Assembly (NCBI GenBank): GCA_029717555.1
Contig: JAMDHS010000012.1
Span: forward strand, 62,001 to 126,000
From: Peribolospora baueri
Lineage: Eukaryota
Reading direction: 5' to 3'
Length of the DNA stretch: 64,000 nucleotides
The notes under the pieces were generated by a model that saw nothing but the letters and a program-made list of their open reading frames with translations, was not told where the DNA came from and searched no databases. Of the stretch, positions 39,481 through 52,300 are shown piece after piece; the stretch's first letter is position 1; each line of letters opens with the position of its first letter. Both the position numbers and the translations under genes were made by a program.

Positions 39481-41314
39481 ATGTCAGAACCAGCGGCAGC
39501 GACACCTGCGCCCCTGTTGCTGTACGTCTGGGGCGAGAAGCATGGTCTTCCATCGTGAGTGTCGGGCACTGTTTGCGAGACTAGCTTCCAGAACATGCAG
39601 GGACTCTTACGAGGCTATGGGCAGAGGCTTCGTAGGAAACTAACTCCCTAACGGTCTTGTTTTTTTCTTTTTTTTTTATCTTCTATCGGTCTTGTGTCCT
39701 GTAACTCTTTGTTCCCTTATTCCTCGTCTTAATCTGCACCGCTTTTGCTACCTTACGGACCCACAGCGTCGACCCAAGCTGCTTGGCTGCTGCGTCCCTT
39801 CTGCAAGCGACCGTGCCAGATCAATTTGCCATCGTAGAATGTAATGACCCTGACATCTCTCCCAGTGGTATGTATAATTATTTTCTTCTGGTGAATACTG
39901 TTGTCACGGACCTCTCGGAAGAGGTCAACTCTTATAACTTCGTCTTGTCTTCCCGAGCAGGGCAGCTCCCTTTCCTCCGCGATGGGCCCACGATCTTCTG
40001 CGGTTTTCATGAAATCGCTGCTCACTTGAACAAGAGGCACCTCTCTGACGATTCGGAAGCCTTGGGTGACAGGAGACTGACATCACGTCAGTTGGGCGAT
40101 TTAGCTGCCTACACGGCTTTCGTTGAGGATGGCTTGGCGGATTTGGTTGTGAGTGCAAGACCAGTATCCCTCCGCTGCCTTTTAACTATGCGGTTCGCAT
40201 GCCTTGTGAAATTTTGACGCAAGGCCTTCGGTATGCTCTTTCTTCATCAGGCACACACGCTCTTTTCTCTTCCCCAAAACTGGCTCCTCTTCACCAGATC
40301 CCTCTACGCGTCCCTTCTACCAATACCTTCTCGGTACTACGTTCCTTCTCGCTTGCGCTCCTCCATAAAGACACGCCTGATCACTAGCGGGATATGGGGT
40401 CTTGGTGGAGAGGCAGAAAAGGAAGTGGAGGAAGAGAGGAAGCGAAGAGAACAAGGGTGGAGGCTCATGGTGGAGAAGGGAAAAGGTGTCATGGGCCGAG
40501 ACGAGGTAGAAAAGGCGAGGAAAGAGTTTGAGAAGCAGAAGGTAAGCGGTGGCGGGAGAGCCCGGTTATCTACTGAATGGCCCTATCTTCGTCTCGTCCA
40601 AGGATCTTATTTTCGGTCTCCACTATCTCTTTTCGAAACGTCTCTGCCGGGCGTCCTGTACAGGTCGCCACCCTGGCCCGGGAGACTTTCTCAGTGTTCT
40701 CTTCTGCGCTGTCCAAGTCAAGCACGCCTTACTTCTTCTCCTCTGCACGAGCGACGACGCTGGACATCCTTCTCTTTTCCTACCTCGCACCTGTTCTCTT
40801 CTTCCCCCTGCCCGCTCCTGTCCTCTCTGACCTCCTCCGCTCCTCATTTCCGGACCTCGTCGCCCACTCCGAGCACCTCCGTCGCGAGCTGTGGCCTCCA
40901 CGGGACGAGACGATCGCCACGCGGAGTTGGCCTCGCAAGCTCGATTCGGAGCCGACCACTATGTTGGGTCTCGTGAAGAGCCTGGGAGCCCTCCCGGGCG
41001 CGCTGTGGGGAGCCCTCCCGGCCAATCCCCTCTCGCCCACCTCGCGGCCGAAGCGGAGACGGGAGGGTGCGGGCGGATACGACAAAGGCGGCGAGGGGGA
41101 AGGCAAACAGTTCAGCGAGGCGGAGAAGAAGCTCAGGAGACGAAGGTTGTGGTGGATCGTCTTGGCGAGCGTAGGCAGCGTTGCTTATCTTTTCGCTAGT
41201 GGTATCTTGTCGGTCGAAGTAGGACGGGAGGAAGAAGACGATGATTATCAAATGGTGGAGGAGGACGAGGAAGAGGACGAGGACGATGAGATGGAGGAGG
41301 ACGAGGAGGATTGA
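39481..41314 (+). CDS. SAM37: Mitochondrial SAM complex subunit Sam37 / metaxin, multi-exon
   Basis: Spliced N-terminus MSEPAAATPAPLLLYVWGEKHGLPS-VDPSCLAA..CNDPDISPSG-QLPFL, GST-like region YFFSSARATTLDILLFSYL..FPDLVAH and C-terminal TM segment WWIVLASVGSVAYLFASGIL. Confidence 0.82.
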
Positions 41315-41519
41315 GGAAATTAATGTCATGGTACCAAGAACTATGCGTCGTACGTTATTATTTTCTGAACTTAGAAGGTCTCGTCCCCATACCTGTCCAT
41401 CACGCATTCCTCGATGGGAATAGTTCAATTGCATTCCATTGTGCCCGAACCTGAGCATCTACCCGTAATTCAACTCGCCGCTCATTCGGTTCCCGGATCC
41501 AGGCGGGCAGCTCAGTCCT

Positions 41520-43146
41520 TTAGGCCGGTATTGGCAGCCCCAGATTGACGTGCAAGCGGGACACGATCTCCAAGTACTTCGGCTCGTTCTCCGGCGTTAC
41601 TATACCGTGGCGGATGAAGAAGTCGATCAAGACTGAGTGGCAGGAGCGTGCATCAGAGCCGGAGGGAAAGAACAGAAGTGAGCATGCATGCAACTCTTCT
41701 TAGAAATCGCCTACCAAGACATCATACACCTGAACAAAAGACGTGGATCGGAACACACCTAGGGCGGTATTCGGTTTGAACTCTCCGGAATGCATCCTGG
41801 GCAGGATCTCTTCAACCGACAGAAGCTCGAACGATTCAGCTTCGCCATCGGTCGGTGTAAGCTTGATGTCGGCCGAAGGTAGGGCGAGATCATAGATGTA
41901 TCTGAGGCCGTCAGGATAGAAGGACGTGGCGTGTAGACACTTTATCAGAGCTTGGTCGTGATGCATGCAGACGACGCGTGCGACGTCGCAGGCGAACCAC
42001 TGAAGCATCGAACTCACTGAAGCTCGGGCTGAACTCTGGACGGAGACTCGGCCGAGCCCTTGGTAAGGTAGAAATAGGATACGGCGCCGGCGGGTTTGAG
42101 GTGCTTCTTCACCAAAGCCTCGTCCAGGCCAGCTTCTTCCCCGCACTCCTTGACGATGGTGTCGAAAGGAGAGTAGCCATGGGAGATACCACCGGCGACC
42201 TAGAGAGGGCGCGCGTGGGTGGATCAGTATGAGGTTGATTGAAGGTGTCCACGGCGAGGACTCACGCTATTATCGAGATAGCCGGGCCACCTGCGCCGTG
42301 GAGAACACGCTGTTCAGCCTCATCCTCGGTGAGCACCTCAAGACTTATATGTGCCTTGATTAAATACTCACGTCGGTTTGGTCTTTGCCCTGCGAGGGAC
42401 CCAAATACGCATGTCCGGGGTGTATGCTGCAAACGCATTCCATCAAAGGCAGAGAAAAAAGTTCACGGTCATCCTCGACGAGTCAAGAGGTGGAAGGAAT
42501 AACCACCAAGTCGGCTCTTGGGCAGGACTCCCGATTGACTTACCCGTCAAGTGCACGCCAAACGTAGTGAGTCCAAACAAGGCGCAGGCCGCCCTCTCCA
42601 TCGCGAAGATGGGTTGGCTTGGCTGGGTGGGAGATGTAGCTGGGCCGTAGATCGTATATAATTCGTCTCGCCAGCCTGGAAGCAAAAGTGGAAATGGACG
42701 AAATGAATCGCTTTGACTGAATGCCACCGGCAGAGAGCAGCCCTGTGGGGACGAGCGATGGAAGATGATAAAGACACACCGTCCAGCTCCTCCTTGAACA
42801 TGCCCCGCTCCCGCCAGCCGCTGACTGTCTCTGCCACCAAAGAGCAGCGCTCATCAAAGGTCCGGACGTTGTCCGCGAAGGACGCGCTCACAAGCGCTGC
42901 AAAGTTCCTTTCTCGCCAGAGTTTCCAAGCTGGCGCTTGACCGGCTTTCGCTCGCTGGATGTTGTCAAGCTCGAGTGCTTTTATCACGTCGGGTTGGACA
43001 TATCCGATGGTATGTTTCTGCGATGCAGAAGGCGAGCTCTCGCCGTCAGCAGGGTGTTCGAAGAGGAAGGGGATGGTGCCCGAAGTGGAGGAAGGGCGCC
43101 AGTTGTCGCATGCTCCGATAACTGGGAGCAGAGTGGTCGGGGCCAT
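41520..43146 (-). CDS. Nudix hydrolase, YJR142W / thiamine-pyrophosphokinase-related family, multi-exon
   Basis: [56 protein letters not shown], Nudix box IVKECGEEAGL, YIYDL, DGEAESF, FKPNTAL-VLIDFFIRHG. Confidence 0.88.
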
Positions 43147-43286
43147 GTTTGGCGGGCGAGTCGGGCGAGACCGTCGCCTTGGCTTCGGTATGGAGGTGGA
43201 CAAGAGGGACGACCTGGGACGTGGAGGATGTGATCGAAGAGCGAAGCTAAGCTCGCCCGTCACCACCATCACCGTCGGAGGGCACC

Positions 43287-43780
43287 ATGGCTGCCGACCC
43301 AACGACAGCGGGTCAGAAGAGTTTCTTTGAAAGGGAGAGGGACAAGCTCATTGGAGAGATTGCAGAGGTGAGTGTTTGTTTGCCTGTTTTCGTCTGTCGG
43401 CTTCGCTGCCACCCTAACTCTCGGTTGTGACGGCGAGCTGACCACCCGGCGTCGTTGCTCACCCTCCCTCTTCGCTTAATCTCGCCGTGCAGGGCCTCGA
43501 GACACTCCTCTCAACGTCGAACACTCTCAATCGAAAGCTAGAAGAGTCTATCAGCGTTGGGAAAGAATTTGAGCCCATCGCGGGACTCTGGGGTCGCTTC
43601 TCGGAGCTCATGACCGCTGCTGGCGTGCCCGATCCCACTCGCGATAACGACGGCGGCGGGCCGTCAGACGCCACGAACGCGGCCAGCGGACAGCTTGGAG
43701 AAGAGAGGGATGTCCTGATGCAGTCGTTGCCTAGAGGTGTCGCACCAGGAGGTGGAACGGTGTACGGTCGAGAGACGTAG
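43287..43780 (+). CDS. DAD1: DASH/Dam1 kinetochore complex subunit Dad1 (2 exons, about 122 aa)
   Basis: Exons 43287-43367 and 43493-43780 give SFFERERDKLIGEIAE-GLETLLSTSNTLNRKLEESISVGKEFEPIAGLWGRF, the Dad1 pattern. Confidence 0.88.
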
Positions 43781-43993
43781 CTCGACGGGGCAGTCGCCTA
43801 CGCGACTGTACGACTTTGAATCCTATTCATTCCCAAGGAGAACGACGTAGCTAGCACTGGCCGGCCTCTTTTCCTTGCTTCTTTCACCTGTGTCTCCTTG
43901 CTCTCGGCGCATATACCCAGCTGGTGCTCGTCGGCGTGAGCGGTCGTTGCCGGACGGGCGGATTCCATCCCGACTGCGTCTCTTCGGAAGTTG

Positions 43994-44031
43994 TTTACGC
44001 GTGCGAACAAGCGCGTCGAATGACGACGCGT
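43994..44031. promoter_or_regulatory. Two MCB elements (ACGCGT at 43997-44002 and 44026-44031) upstream of the DUF2439 gene
   Basis: Motifs read directly, with a GCGCGT between them. Confidence 0.45.
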
Positions 44032-44114
44032 ACGGGAAACTGAATCGTCGCTCGACTCACCACTGCGAACAATCAGCAGCGTGTGGGCCCTCGTCGTAGC
44101 ACGTCGTGACTACC

Positions 44115-45370
44115 ATGGGCACCCCGACCCCTGGACCGAGCACTGCTTATGCGGTCACACAGGTGGGGAGCAAACTGCGTCTCGTGCTGTCGCCTTCGTG
44201 CATGACTGAAACTTTGCCGGTCAATACTTACTCAAACCACTGGCCGCCGTCGTCCTCGTGCGCCGCTCCTGTCCCGGCCGAACGTAGCACTACACATGTC
44301 TTTACACGGCTGACAAGCACAAGTCCAAAACTAACCGACTCTGGCATGACGGGTGAGCAGCGGGATGTCTAAGTCCTCCCATAACAGATTACTGATGATG
44401 GGCACCCTACCTACCTTTGGCCTACACGCAGCAAGTTGGCCTTCCACACGTTCAATCGACGGGTGAGGATTGGGCGTTCGGTGTGCTATTGCCGACGTAT
44501 CTTCTCATTCCTTTCCCTTGCTTCTCCGATTTGTTCTTTCTCTCCTCCCCTCTCTCTCTCTCCGGTGCCGTTAGCTCATCCTCCGTGATTTGTACAACCT
44601 CGAGATCGACGCCATTTTCTATCCGCGATCGCCCGGGCAAAGGAAAACGGGCAATGGCGAAGGCAGCGTGCTCTTTGATACGGACGACGAGATAGAGATG
44701 GAGGAGCATCTCGTAACGATCGACAGTTTTCAGGGGCTGTCTAAAACGGTGGGTGCTCGGTGCTGACTGAAATTCCCCTCGTTCACTGATTGCCGGCGTA
44801 TCCAGATTCACCAGAAGCTCGATTTTCCTCACCTCTTTGAACTTGTCCGTATTGTACCAGGACGTTACAGATGTCATTGCCCCAGCGGGCCGGCGGAAAA
44901 GAAAGGCCGGACATGAGCCGACGGACAATCTGATAGAATCTGGTATCAGCCCTCGCGGAGTCCAGGCGTCGGGAGGAAGAAGCGGTTGGTTCAGCCCTCG
45001 AAAGCGCGCGGAGCGAGGCTCGCCTGCAGCTCTTAGGCGGGTGGAGGACTTATCGTCAGGACCGATAGCGGGCGTCAGCACGACGGCGGGCGGTCAACGA
45101 CCCTCGACTGGGTCATCGCCACGTCAAGTGCACCAGTCGGCGGTCTCGGCGGGCACTCCCTCGGCAAAGGCGGTGGCGCTTCCGAAATCCGTGTCGAGGA
45201 CACTCTTGAGCCCCTTCCGAACTCCGTCCCGAACGATCAATACAGCGGGGACGAACAGTCAAGACGAGCGTTCAGGAACGACGTCGACCTCTATGGCACA
45301 AAATCGAACGGAGGAGAAACAAGTCGAGGCGCCGGCACCTCTTCCGAGGAGTCGCAAACCGCGACTTTGA
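44115..45370 (+). CDS. DUF2439 (Mte1/ZGRF1 N-terminal-like) domain protein, 5 exons, about 275 aa
   Basis: Exons 44115-44162, 44288-44352, 44432-44462, 44575-44748 and 44861-45370 keep frame and give HYTCLYTADKHKSKTNRLWHDGKLAFHTFNRRLILRD..DEIEMEEHLVTID, matching the Y-x-CLYT..WHDG-x-L-x-FH..N pattern of the family. Confidence 0.75.
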
Positions 45371-46160
45371 CATCCCCGAGCGTGCGCGCAGCGAGGAGCG
45401 GACATCCTCGGCCGGAGAAGGCGATGGGCAGCGGATCGGAGGCCAGCGGGTCACTGGCGGTGGGGCCAGGAAGGGACTGATGGAGTCCCGCGACCGGAAC
45501 CGATCTGCGATGACCTTTTGCGTCCCTGGTGTTCCACTGTAGGATATGTGGTGGATCCTTGGAAGAAGGACGCTGAGGTCTCTGTTTGGTTGGGACCGAA
45601 CCGGAGACAGCTCCAGAGGCCCTGTCGCGGGGAGCTCGCCTCTACCAGAACGACCGAACCGCGGACGTGTCGACCGAGGCGAGATTAGTTTCCCATTAAG
45701 TGAACCGGCGCCCCCCCCCCCCCCCCCCCCCGCCCTCCCTTTCTTAATGATGACGACCGTGCAACCGGGTGACCACGACGGCACGGCCGATGCTGGCTTG
45801 CGCTTTCATCAGTGGCCGCCGTGTTTCGCACTCCCCTCAAAACTTGCTCAGAACACGATGGAATGAATGCATTGGTCGGGCAGATCGGAGTGACGGAACG
45901 AGGAGAGGCGAGAGACGCGTCCGTATCTCGCCATGGACCGATGTGGACAGGGGCAGACGTAGAATGAGGGGGTATCGCCGAAGAAAAGATGGAAAGGCGG
46001 GACAAAAAGTACAGAATATACTACATGAGGGAGAGCGAGAGGAAGAATCGCGACAAGAGAAGAGGAGGGAAATGCAACAGAGGGAAAGTTCGCAGTTCGG
46101 GGTCCGTGGGCCTCGCATCGTGCAGCCAGCACACTTCTGGCGCTCGTCCGGCCCTTTTCC

Positions 46161-47839
46161 TCAAGTAGGCTGCACCTCCGGCCCAGCGCTGACGCCTGTG
46201 ATGGCAGGTATGACGAGGTCCCGAAAGACGCGCAGCCTAGCGTTCCTTGTGACGAACAAATTCCTCGAAGGCGTGGCCAACGGCAGGGGGCGGAAGTTGC
46301 GCGCTGCTTTGAGGATCTCATCCAGTTCCGCGTCGACGTCCAGTTCCGCGTCGTCTGCTCCGTCGTCGTCGCTCCCTCCACCACCGCCTTTGCCCGTGCC
46401 CCCGCCTCCTGGCCCACCTCCCCCGCCACCGCCTCCACCACCACCACCACCAGCTCCAGAAGTCGCCTGAGCCGCTTTTTTGTCCTTCTTCTTCGGCTTC
46501 TTCTCACCCGCAAGTCCGCCCTGCATTCCGCCGGCCATGTAGTAAGACGATTTATGTGCGTGCTTCTCGTAGATGTGCGGATTGTGCACCTTCTGCCATT
46601 GGAGGTAGAGCCAGTCGTACGGCGCCGAGCGGCCGACGACAGAACGCTTTGCGCTCATCGAGTGGGACTTGCAGGTCAGAGAGCGCGAGCAGGGAAGGCC
46701 CTTGTCGTTGATTACTCCGCACTGAGTGTTGAGATCAACGGCGCCTGGCAAGGGAAAAGACGAGGCATGCAAGTCAGGAAATCGCTCGCCCCCAAAGGGC
46801 TCCTTGAACAGAAAAGCCATCGACCACCCGGCCGCGCGCTCACCCTTAAGCTTCCTCCCGCCCTTCTTCTTCTCCTTCTTGGTCTCCTCCTCTCCGCCCT
46901 CCTTCCCATCTCCCTTCTTGCGCTTCTTCCCCTTCTTACGGGGCGATCCCTCCATTGTGCTCGATTCGGATGCTACCGTACGAAGCGGAGGGGTGCAGAC
47001 GAAGACATCGTGCAGGAGACGGGTAACAGATTAAAGAGAGAGCGACGGGTGAATGAAATGCGCAGTCTTCAAATTCACTCGGCTCTGAAGCAGGCACCAT
47101 CCATGTACAACTTGGAGAGAACTCTTGCCATGCCACGGCATGAGAACGAGAGGTCCGCGCTCCGAACTCACCATCCGATCCCCGTCGCCTCCTCTCCTCA
47201 AGAGATGGTCCCTCCCTAATCCTACGGCAGTTCTCTGTAACGCCGGCCGTGGAAATTGCAAAAGGGGGGTGAGGAACAGACAGAGAACGCAAAGAAGAGG
47301 GCTTCATATCAGCCTTGTCATCCGGTCGCCGAGCGCTCGGCTCATCCGGTGGATTGGCTGGCGGATCCTGGTCGACTTTCGGCCCCCCTGGGTCCATACG
47401 TCGATCCGAGAAGGTGGACGATCGGCGAGGTGAAACGAAGCGCTGAGCGCACGCACCGAGATGCTTGCCCAGAGCGATGGCGAGCACGGGTCTGCTGCAG
47501 TCCTTGCATTCCACTACCGTCAACTCGTCCTCGAGCGGCCACATGCCGAAGGTGAGGAGGTCGTCCGGCTCGATCGCGTTGGCGAAGTAGTCTGGTTGGG
47601 AGGGGGAGACTACGTCGACAGCGGGAGAGAGACGAGTACGACGGGAAGGGGCGCGGACCGGGGATATCGTATGAGAAACGGGTGTTGGATGGACGGCGGG
47701 CATGAAGAAAGGAACGACGTACAATAAGCTTGTGCGAGGCAGCGTTCCACAATGGCGACTGCGCACTCCCAAGCTCACCTGGATTCCTCTTTCCAACTTC
47801 CTCGATCTCAGCCCAGGAAAATCGTGTGGGAGCCTCCAT
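46161..47839 (-). CDS. SGF73: SAGA deubiquitination-module subunit Sgf73 / ataxin-7 (SCA7 domain), multi-exon; start uncertain (47839 or 47703)
   Basis: N-terminal zinc finger [34 protein letters not shown] and SCA7 domain [42 protein letters not shown]. Confidence 0.9.
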
Positions 47840-48383
47840 TTCGCGAGAGTCGTCTTGGGGTAGGGGTGGGGAGAATAAAGGGCACCGGAGCTTCCCGCGG
47901 GTGGGTTAATTCGCCGGCGGTCTTGGTTAGTACTGGTGGGAGATGGTGGGAGATGGTAGGAGAGGAAGGAGACTCGACGCGTTTCGTTCACTCCTGGTTG
48001 GCGGGTTGCGCTGCTCGACGACTTGTAGAACTCATATCGAGAGGCGGGCATGTCGCCATCATTCGACAGCCAAGCTTTGGCTACGCCCGTCTGCTTGCGC
48101 CTCAGCGCACGTCGCTCATCCTGTAGCTACACCGGGAATCCATGCAGAGACTGCTCTGGCTCTTGACGCGGCGAGACGTCGTGGATGCACGCCATGCCCA
48201 TATCGACACAGGAGATCGACGACACATAGCACTTTTTATTCCACCGGATCCTCTAATGACAAAAATCAGGCTCGGAAACATGCATGCCGCCGTTGACGTT
48301 GACATGACATGTCGTCGACGCTCTGCTCTTGACGCTACACTCCACGCCCTCCCACATCGAAGGCCGACCTGCCCACGGCATCG

Positions 48384-48596
48384 TCAATGCTCTCCCCGTT
48401 GCTTCTTGGCCGACTCCTTGAGCTTGTCGACGTTAGCTGGGTGGGTGAGGTTGTCAAAAGCGACGTAGGCGGTGAAGGCGACGATGGCGATGCCGAGCCC
48501 GGGGAAAAGGTTGCGGAACATGTTGCGCTGGGAGAATATCGGGTGTCGGCGCCATGCCTCGCGCTTCGCCCAGGGGTCGCGGTATTGTGTGGACAT
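48384..48596 (-). CDS. NDUFB3: NADH:ubiquinone oxidoreductase B12 subunit (NDUFB3/NB2M), 70 aa
   Basis: RDPWAKREAWRRHPIFS..FPGLGIAIVAFTAYVAFD signature; single exon. Confidence 0.92.
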   Translation of the reverse strand: MSTQYRDPWAKREAWRRHPIFSQRNMFRNLFPGLGIAIVAFTAYVAFDNLTHPANVDKLKESAKKQRGEH

Positions 48597-49359
48597 CTGG
48601 TGGAGATGGGAAGGACAGGAAGAGAAGAGGACGTGGATGAGGAAGGAGGATTAGAGCGACGGACAGGTGACGGGGAAAGTCAGGGAGGGGCTGGGCCGAC
48701 CTTGGAGGAACTTTCTCGTCTTCCCGTTCTTCTTCTTCGTCTCCGCTTTCGTCAGCAAAATGGAGGAAGTCCCGTGAAGGTCGAGCAGCGGCTGTCGCGG
48801 CAGACGAAGGGCGCGGTAGAAAGCAAGAGGGTGAGCGTGCCATTGCGTGGCTTGGCGATGGAGGGCTACAAGTACGCAGGCTCTCTCCTTCTCGCTTACA
48901 TACTCGCTCGCCTCGCTCACCCACTCGATCACTCAATCACTCACTCACCTATCAGGAGCTAGCTCGACGGCGGGCGGGGTAGTGGCGACGACGGCGTTTC
49001 CGACTCCCTTTGGCCGGTTGGTTGGATGGAAAGAGCAAGTGAGTGAGTGGTCGACGTCGGTTGGCTGACTTCGCCCAGCTCGTCCGCTCTCGCCGCTCGG
49101 GCAGACCGGGCAGACACCAAGCGGAGGTGAGACTGCCCGTTAAACACCGCCAAACACCGCCAAACGGCGCTCGAGGGGGCAAGTTGGTTAAATTTCGCTA
49201 AGTCCTCATTTTGTCCTTCTCTGCCCTCTACCCTCCGACCCCTACGCAGTCCCACTATTTGGTCGCCCTTCCTCCTTGTTCCTCCATCTCTGTCTTTCGA
49301 CCCGCTCGTCCCTCTTGCCGCCCTCCCTCCTTCTCCCTTTCCCGCCTTCCTTCGTCAAG

Positions 49360-52300
49360 ATGGACGTCGATGCGGAGCTCAGCCCCGGTAAGGTCAAGCG
49401 CGAGGACTCTTCGGATGGCGAGCCCCTCGCCATCAAGTCTAAGGTCAACGGCACTTCTGGCGTCAAGCGGAACCAAGCCATCGCGAATGACAGTAGCGAT
49501 CTCAGCAGCGAGGACGATAAACCACTGGTGGGTTGAGTCGACGGACCCTGCTCTCGTCTGACCCGCCAATTCGTACTTCATTAGCGGCGCGTCTTCTGAC
49601 ACGTGTTGGATCGCTCGATTGTACTCCCCTTCTCCCTCAATCCCCTCCCGTCCGTTCGACCCAGGCGAAACGCGTGAAATCCAACGGAGCGCAGGCCAGG
49701 TCGGCTCCCGTCAAGCCTAAGGTGGAGAGCGATTCCGATTCTGATTCGGAAGATGACAAGCCGCTGGCAAGGAAATCCTCGGCCAGGACGGCCAAGACCA
49801 CGCCTGTTCCCAACACCACCACCACCGCCGATGCCCGTCCAAAGCGCGAGAGCGCTGTCGCGGCATCGAAGCTCAAGATGAAGGAGGAGGACTCTTCCGC
49901 CTCGGACTCTGAGGACGATATGCCACTCAAGAAGAGAGCCAAATCCGTGTCATCGACGCCTGCTAAGAAAGGTGGCCTGTCCAGAGCTACCTCGACGGCC
50001 TCGACGCCTCGACTTAAAGAGACATCGACGTCGGCCGAGGCAGCGGGCGAGGATGAGGACGAGCAGGGCGGTGAGGGCGTGGACGCTGAGAAGTGGAAGC
50101 AGATGACTGAGGGAGACGGCTCGATCCGCTGGACGAGGCTCGAGCACAACGGCGTCACTTTCCCGCCTCCTTATCAACCCTTGCCGAAGAACGTCAAGAT
50201 GAAGTACGACGGTGAGCGATCCGCCCCCGGAAGGAGCAGGGCGAGGCCGAACTGGCTTCTCTAACATTTCCTGTCCTCCGTGCGCGCATCTTGTTGATCC
50301 TACGTACTTTGATCAGGCAAGCCACTGGAGCTCCCTCCGGAATCCGAAGAGGTGGCATACTTTTATGCGCAGATGCTCGAGACACCGCACGTCAACCCCG
50401 ATGAAGTGACGAGGTCGAAGCTCAAGGACCCAGACCTGTTCAAAAAGAACTTTTTCAACGACTTCAAGGATATCCTTCGAAAGCATCCTCCGGTAGGTCT
50501 CATAGTCGTATGGAGACGGTTGACTCGCGCTCAGGAGATGGGCGACTGCTCGCAGGTCTTGTCTGATGCTCAATGCTTCCGTCTCCTCTCCCTCACACCG
50601 CACATACAGCGGGACGGCACGAAGGTGACCTCTCTCGAGAAATGCGACTTTCGTCCGATGTGGGAGTACTGGGAGGAGGAAAAGGCCAAGAAGAAGAGCA
50701 TGACAGCGGCGCAGAAGAAGGCGCTCAAGCAGGCGAAGGACGAAATAGAGAAGCCGTACACACATTGCCTCATGGATGGCAAGGAGGAGAAGGTTGGCAA
50801 CTTTCGCCTCGAGCCTCCGAGTCTCTTTCGTGGGCGCGGCGATCACCCTAAGAGGGGCAAGGTCAAGGTGAGCCTGGAGGGCAGGCCGGCTCTCGACTCA
50901 TCTCTGCTCTTCTCGACCGCATTGGTTGAATCCTCATGCTTGGTTTCGCCCATTCCCCAGCAACGCATCATGCCGGAGCAGATTACGATCAATATAGGCA
51001 GAGAGACAAAGGTGCCTGAACCTCCAGCTGGTCACCGATGGGCGAGCGTGATCCACAATCAGACAGTCACCTGGTTGGCGCATTGGAAGGAGAACATCAA
51101 CGGCAGTGAGTGCTCATCCCCCTTGCCGTTGGCAGAGGTGACGTCAGGTGACTTGCACGATCACGGCGCAACATGCATATTCATTTGCATTTGCGCGGTC
51201 ATATCCAACAGACGCAAAGTATGTCTTCCTAGCACCTACGAGCACCATCAAGGCCAGGAGTGATGAGGCCAAGTATGAGAAGGCTCGCGAGCTCAAGGTC
51301 AGTTTGCTTTGAATGGATGTGCATCGTACAGAGATGAATGGCTTCGCTGACACGCCTTCCGTCGGCCGTGCTCGATCGCTACTTGTCACAGAAACACATT
51401 GAGCGGATCCGCCGAGATTACACTAACAATCTCTCAAACAAGATCATGAAGGACCGTCAGCTGGCGACGGCTGTCTACTTCATCGATCAGTACGCCCTGC
51501 GTGCGGGTAACGAGAAGGGCGAGGACGAGGCGGACACGGTGGGATGCTGCTCCTTGAAGCGGGAGCATCTGACGCTTTACCCAGGAGCCGGACCAGATGG
51601 GAAGGATCAAATCAAGCTCGAGTTCTTGGGCAAGGACTCAATCCGATACGTCAACACCATCACCGTCGAGAAGCGCATATTTAAGAACCTCGTACACTTC
51701 CTGCAGACGACGGACGAGAAGGGACGGAAAGGTCAGAAGAGCGAGGGAGATCTCATCTTCGACCGCGTCTCGGTGAGTGGCTTGGGTTCGCCGGCCTTCA
51801 TTATTTCGTCTCGTCCGAGGGTACGGGTTGCAAACGTTGTCTGAATACTTTCAATCCGATCTCCCTCCATACCTTTTCTTGTAGACCACGGACGTGAACA
51901 AGTGGCTCCAGTCCCACATGGCCGGCCTGACCGCAAAGGTGTTCCGTACCTACAATGCCTCGGTGACGATGGAGAGAGAGCTCGGAGCGCTCACTCAGGC
52001 GGATGCGACCGAGGCCGAGAAAGTGCTGGCATATAACCGCGCCAACCGACGGGTGGCCATTCTTTGGTGAGCGCCGCAGAGCATGGGGACGCCGGATCGA
52101 TTTCCTTCCTTTTAATTGAAAACGACTCACTCTTGGATTAACACTTCCATCGATCTCGTGTAGTAACCACCAGCGGACAGTCGCGGCATCGCATGCACAG
52201 GGCATGCAGAAGATGACGGACAGGGTGAGCAGGCGTTGGCAAGCTAGTCGTCACTTTCCTTTTTCTCGCACAGGCACCGATGCGCTTGCTCGTGTCGGTA

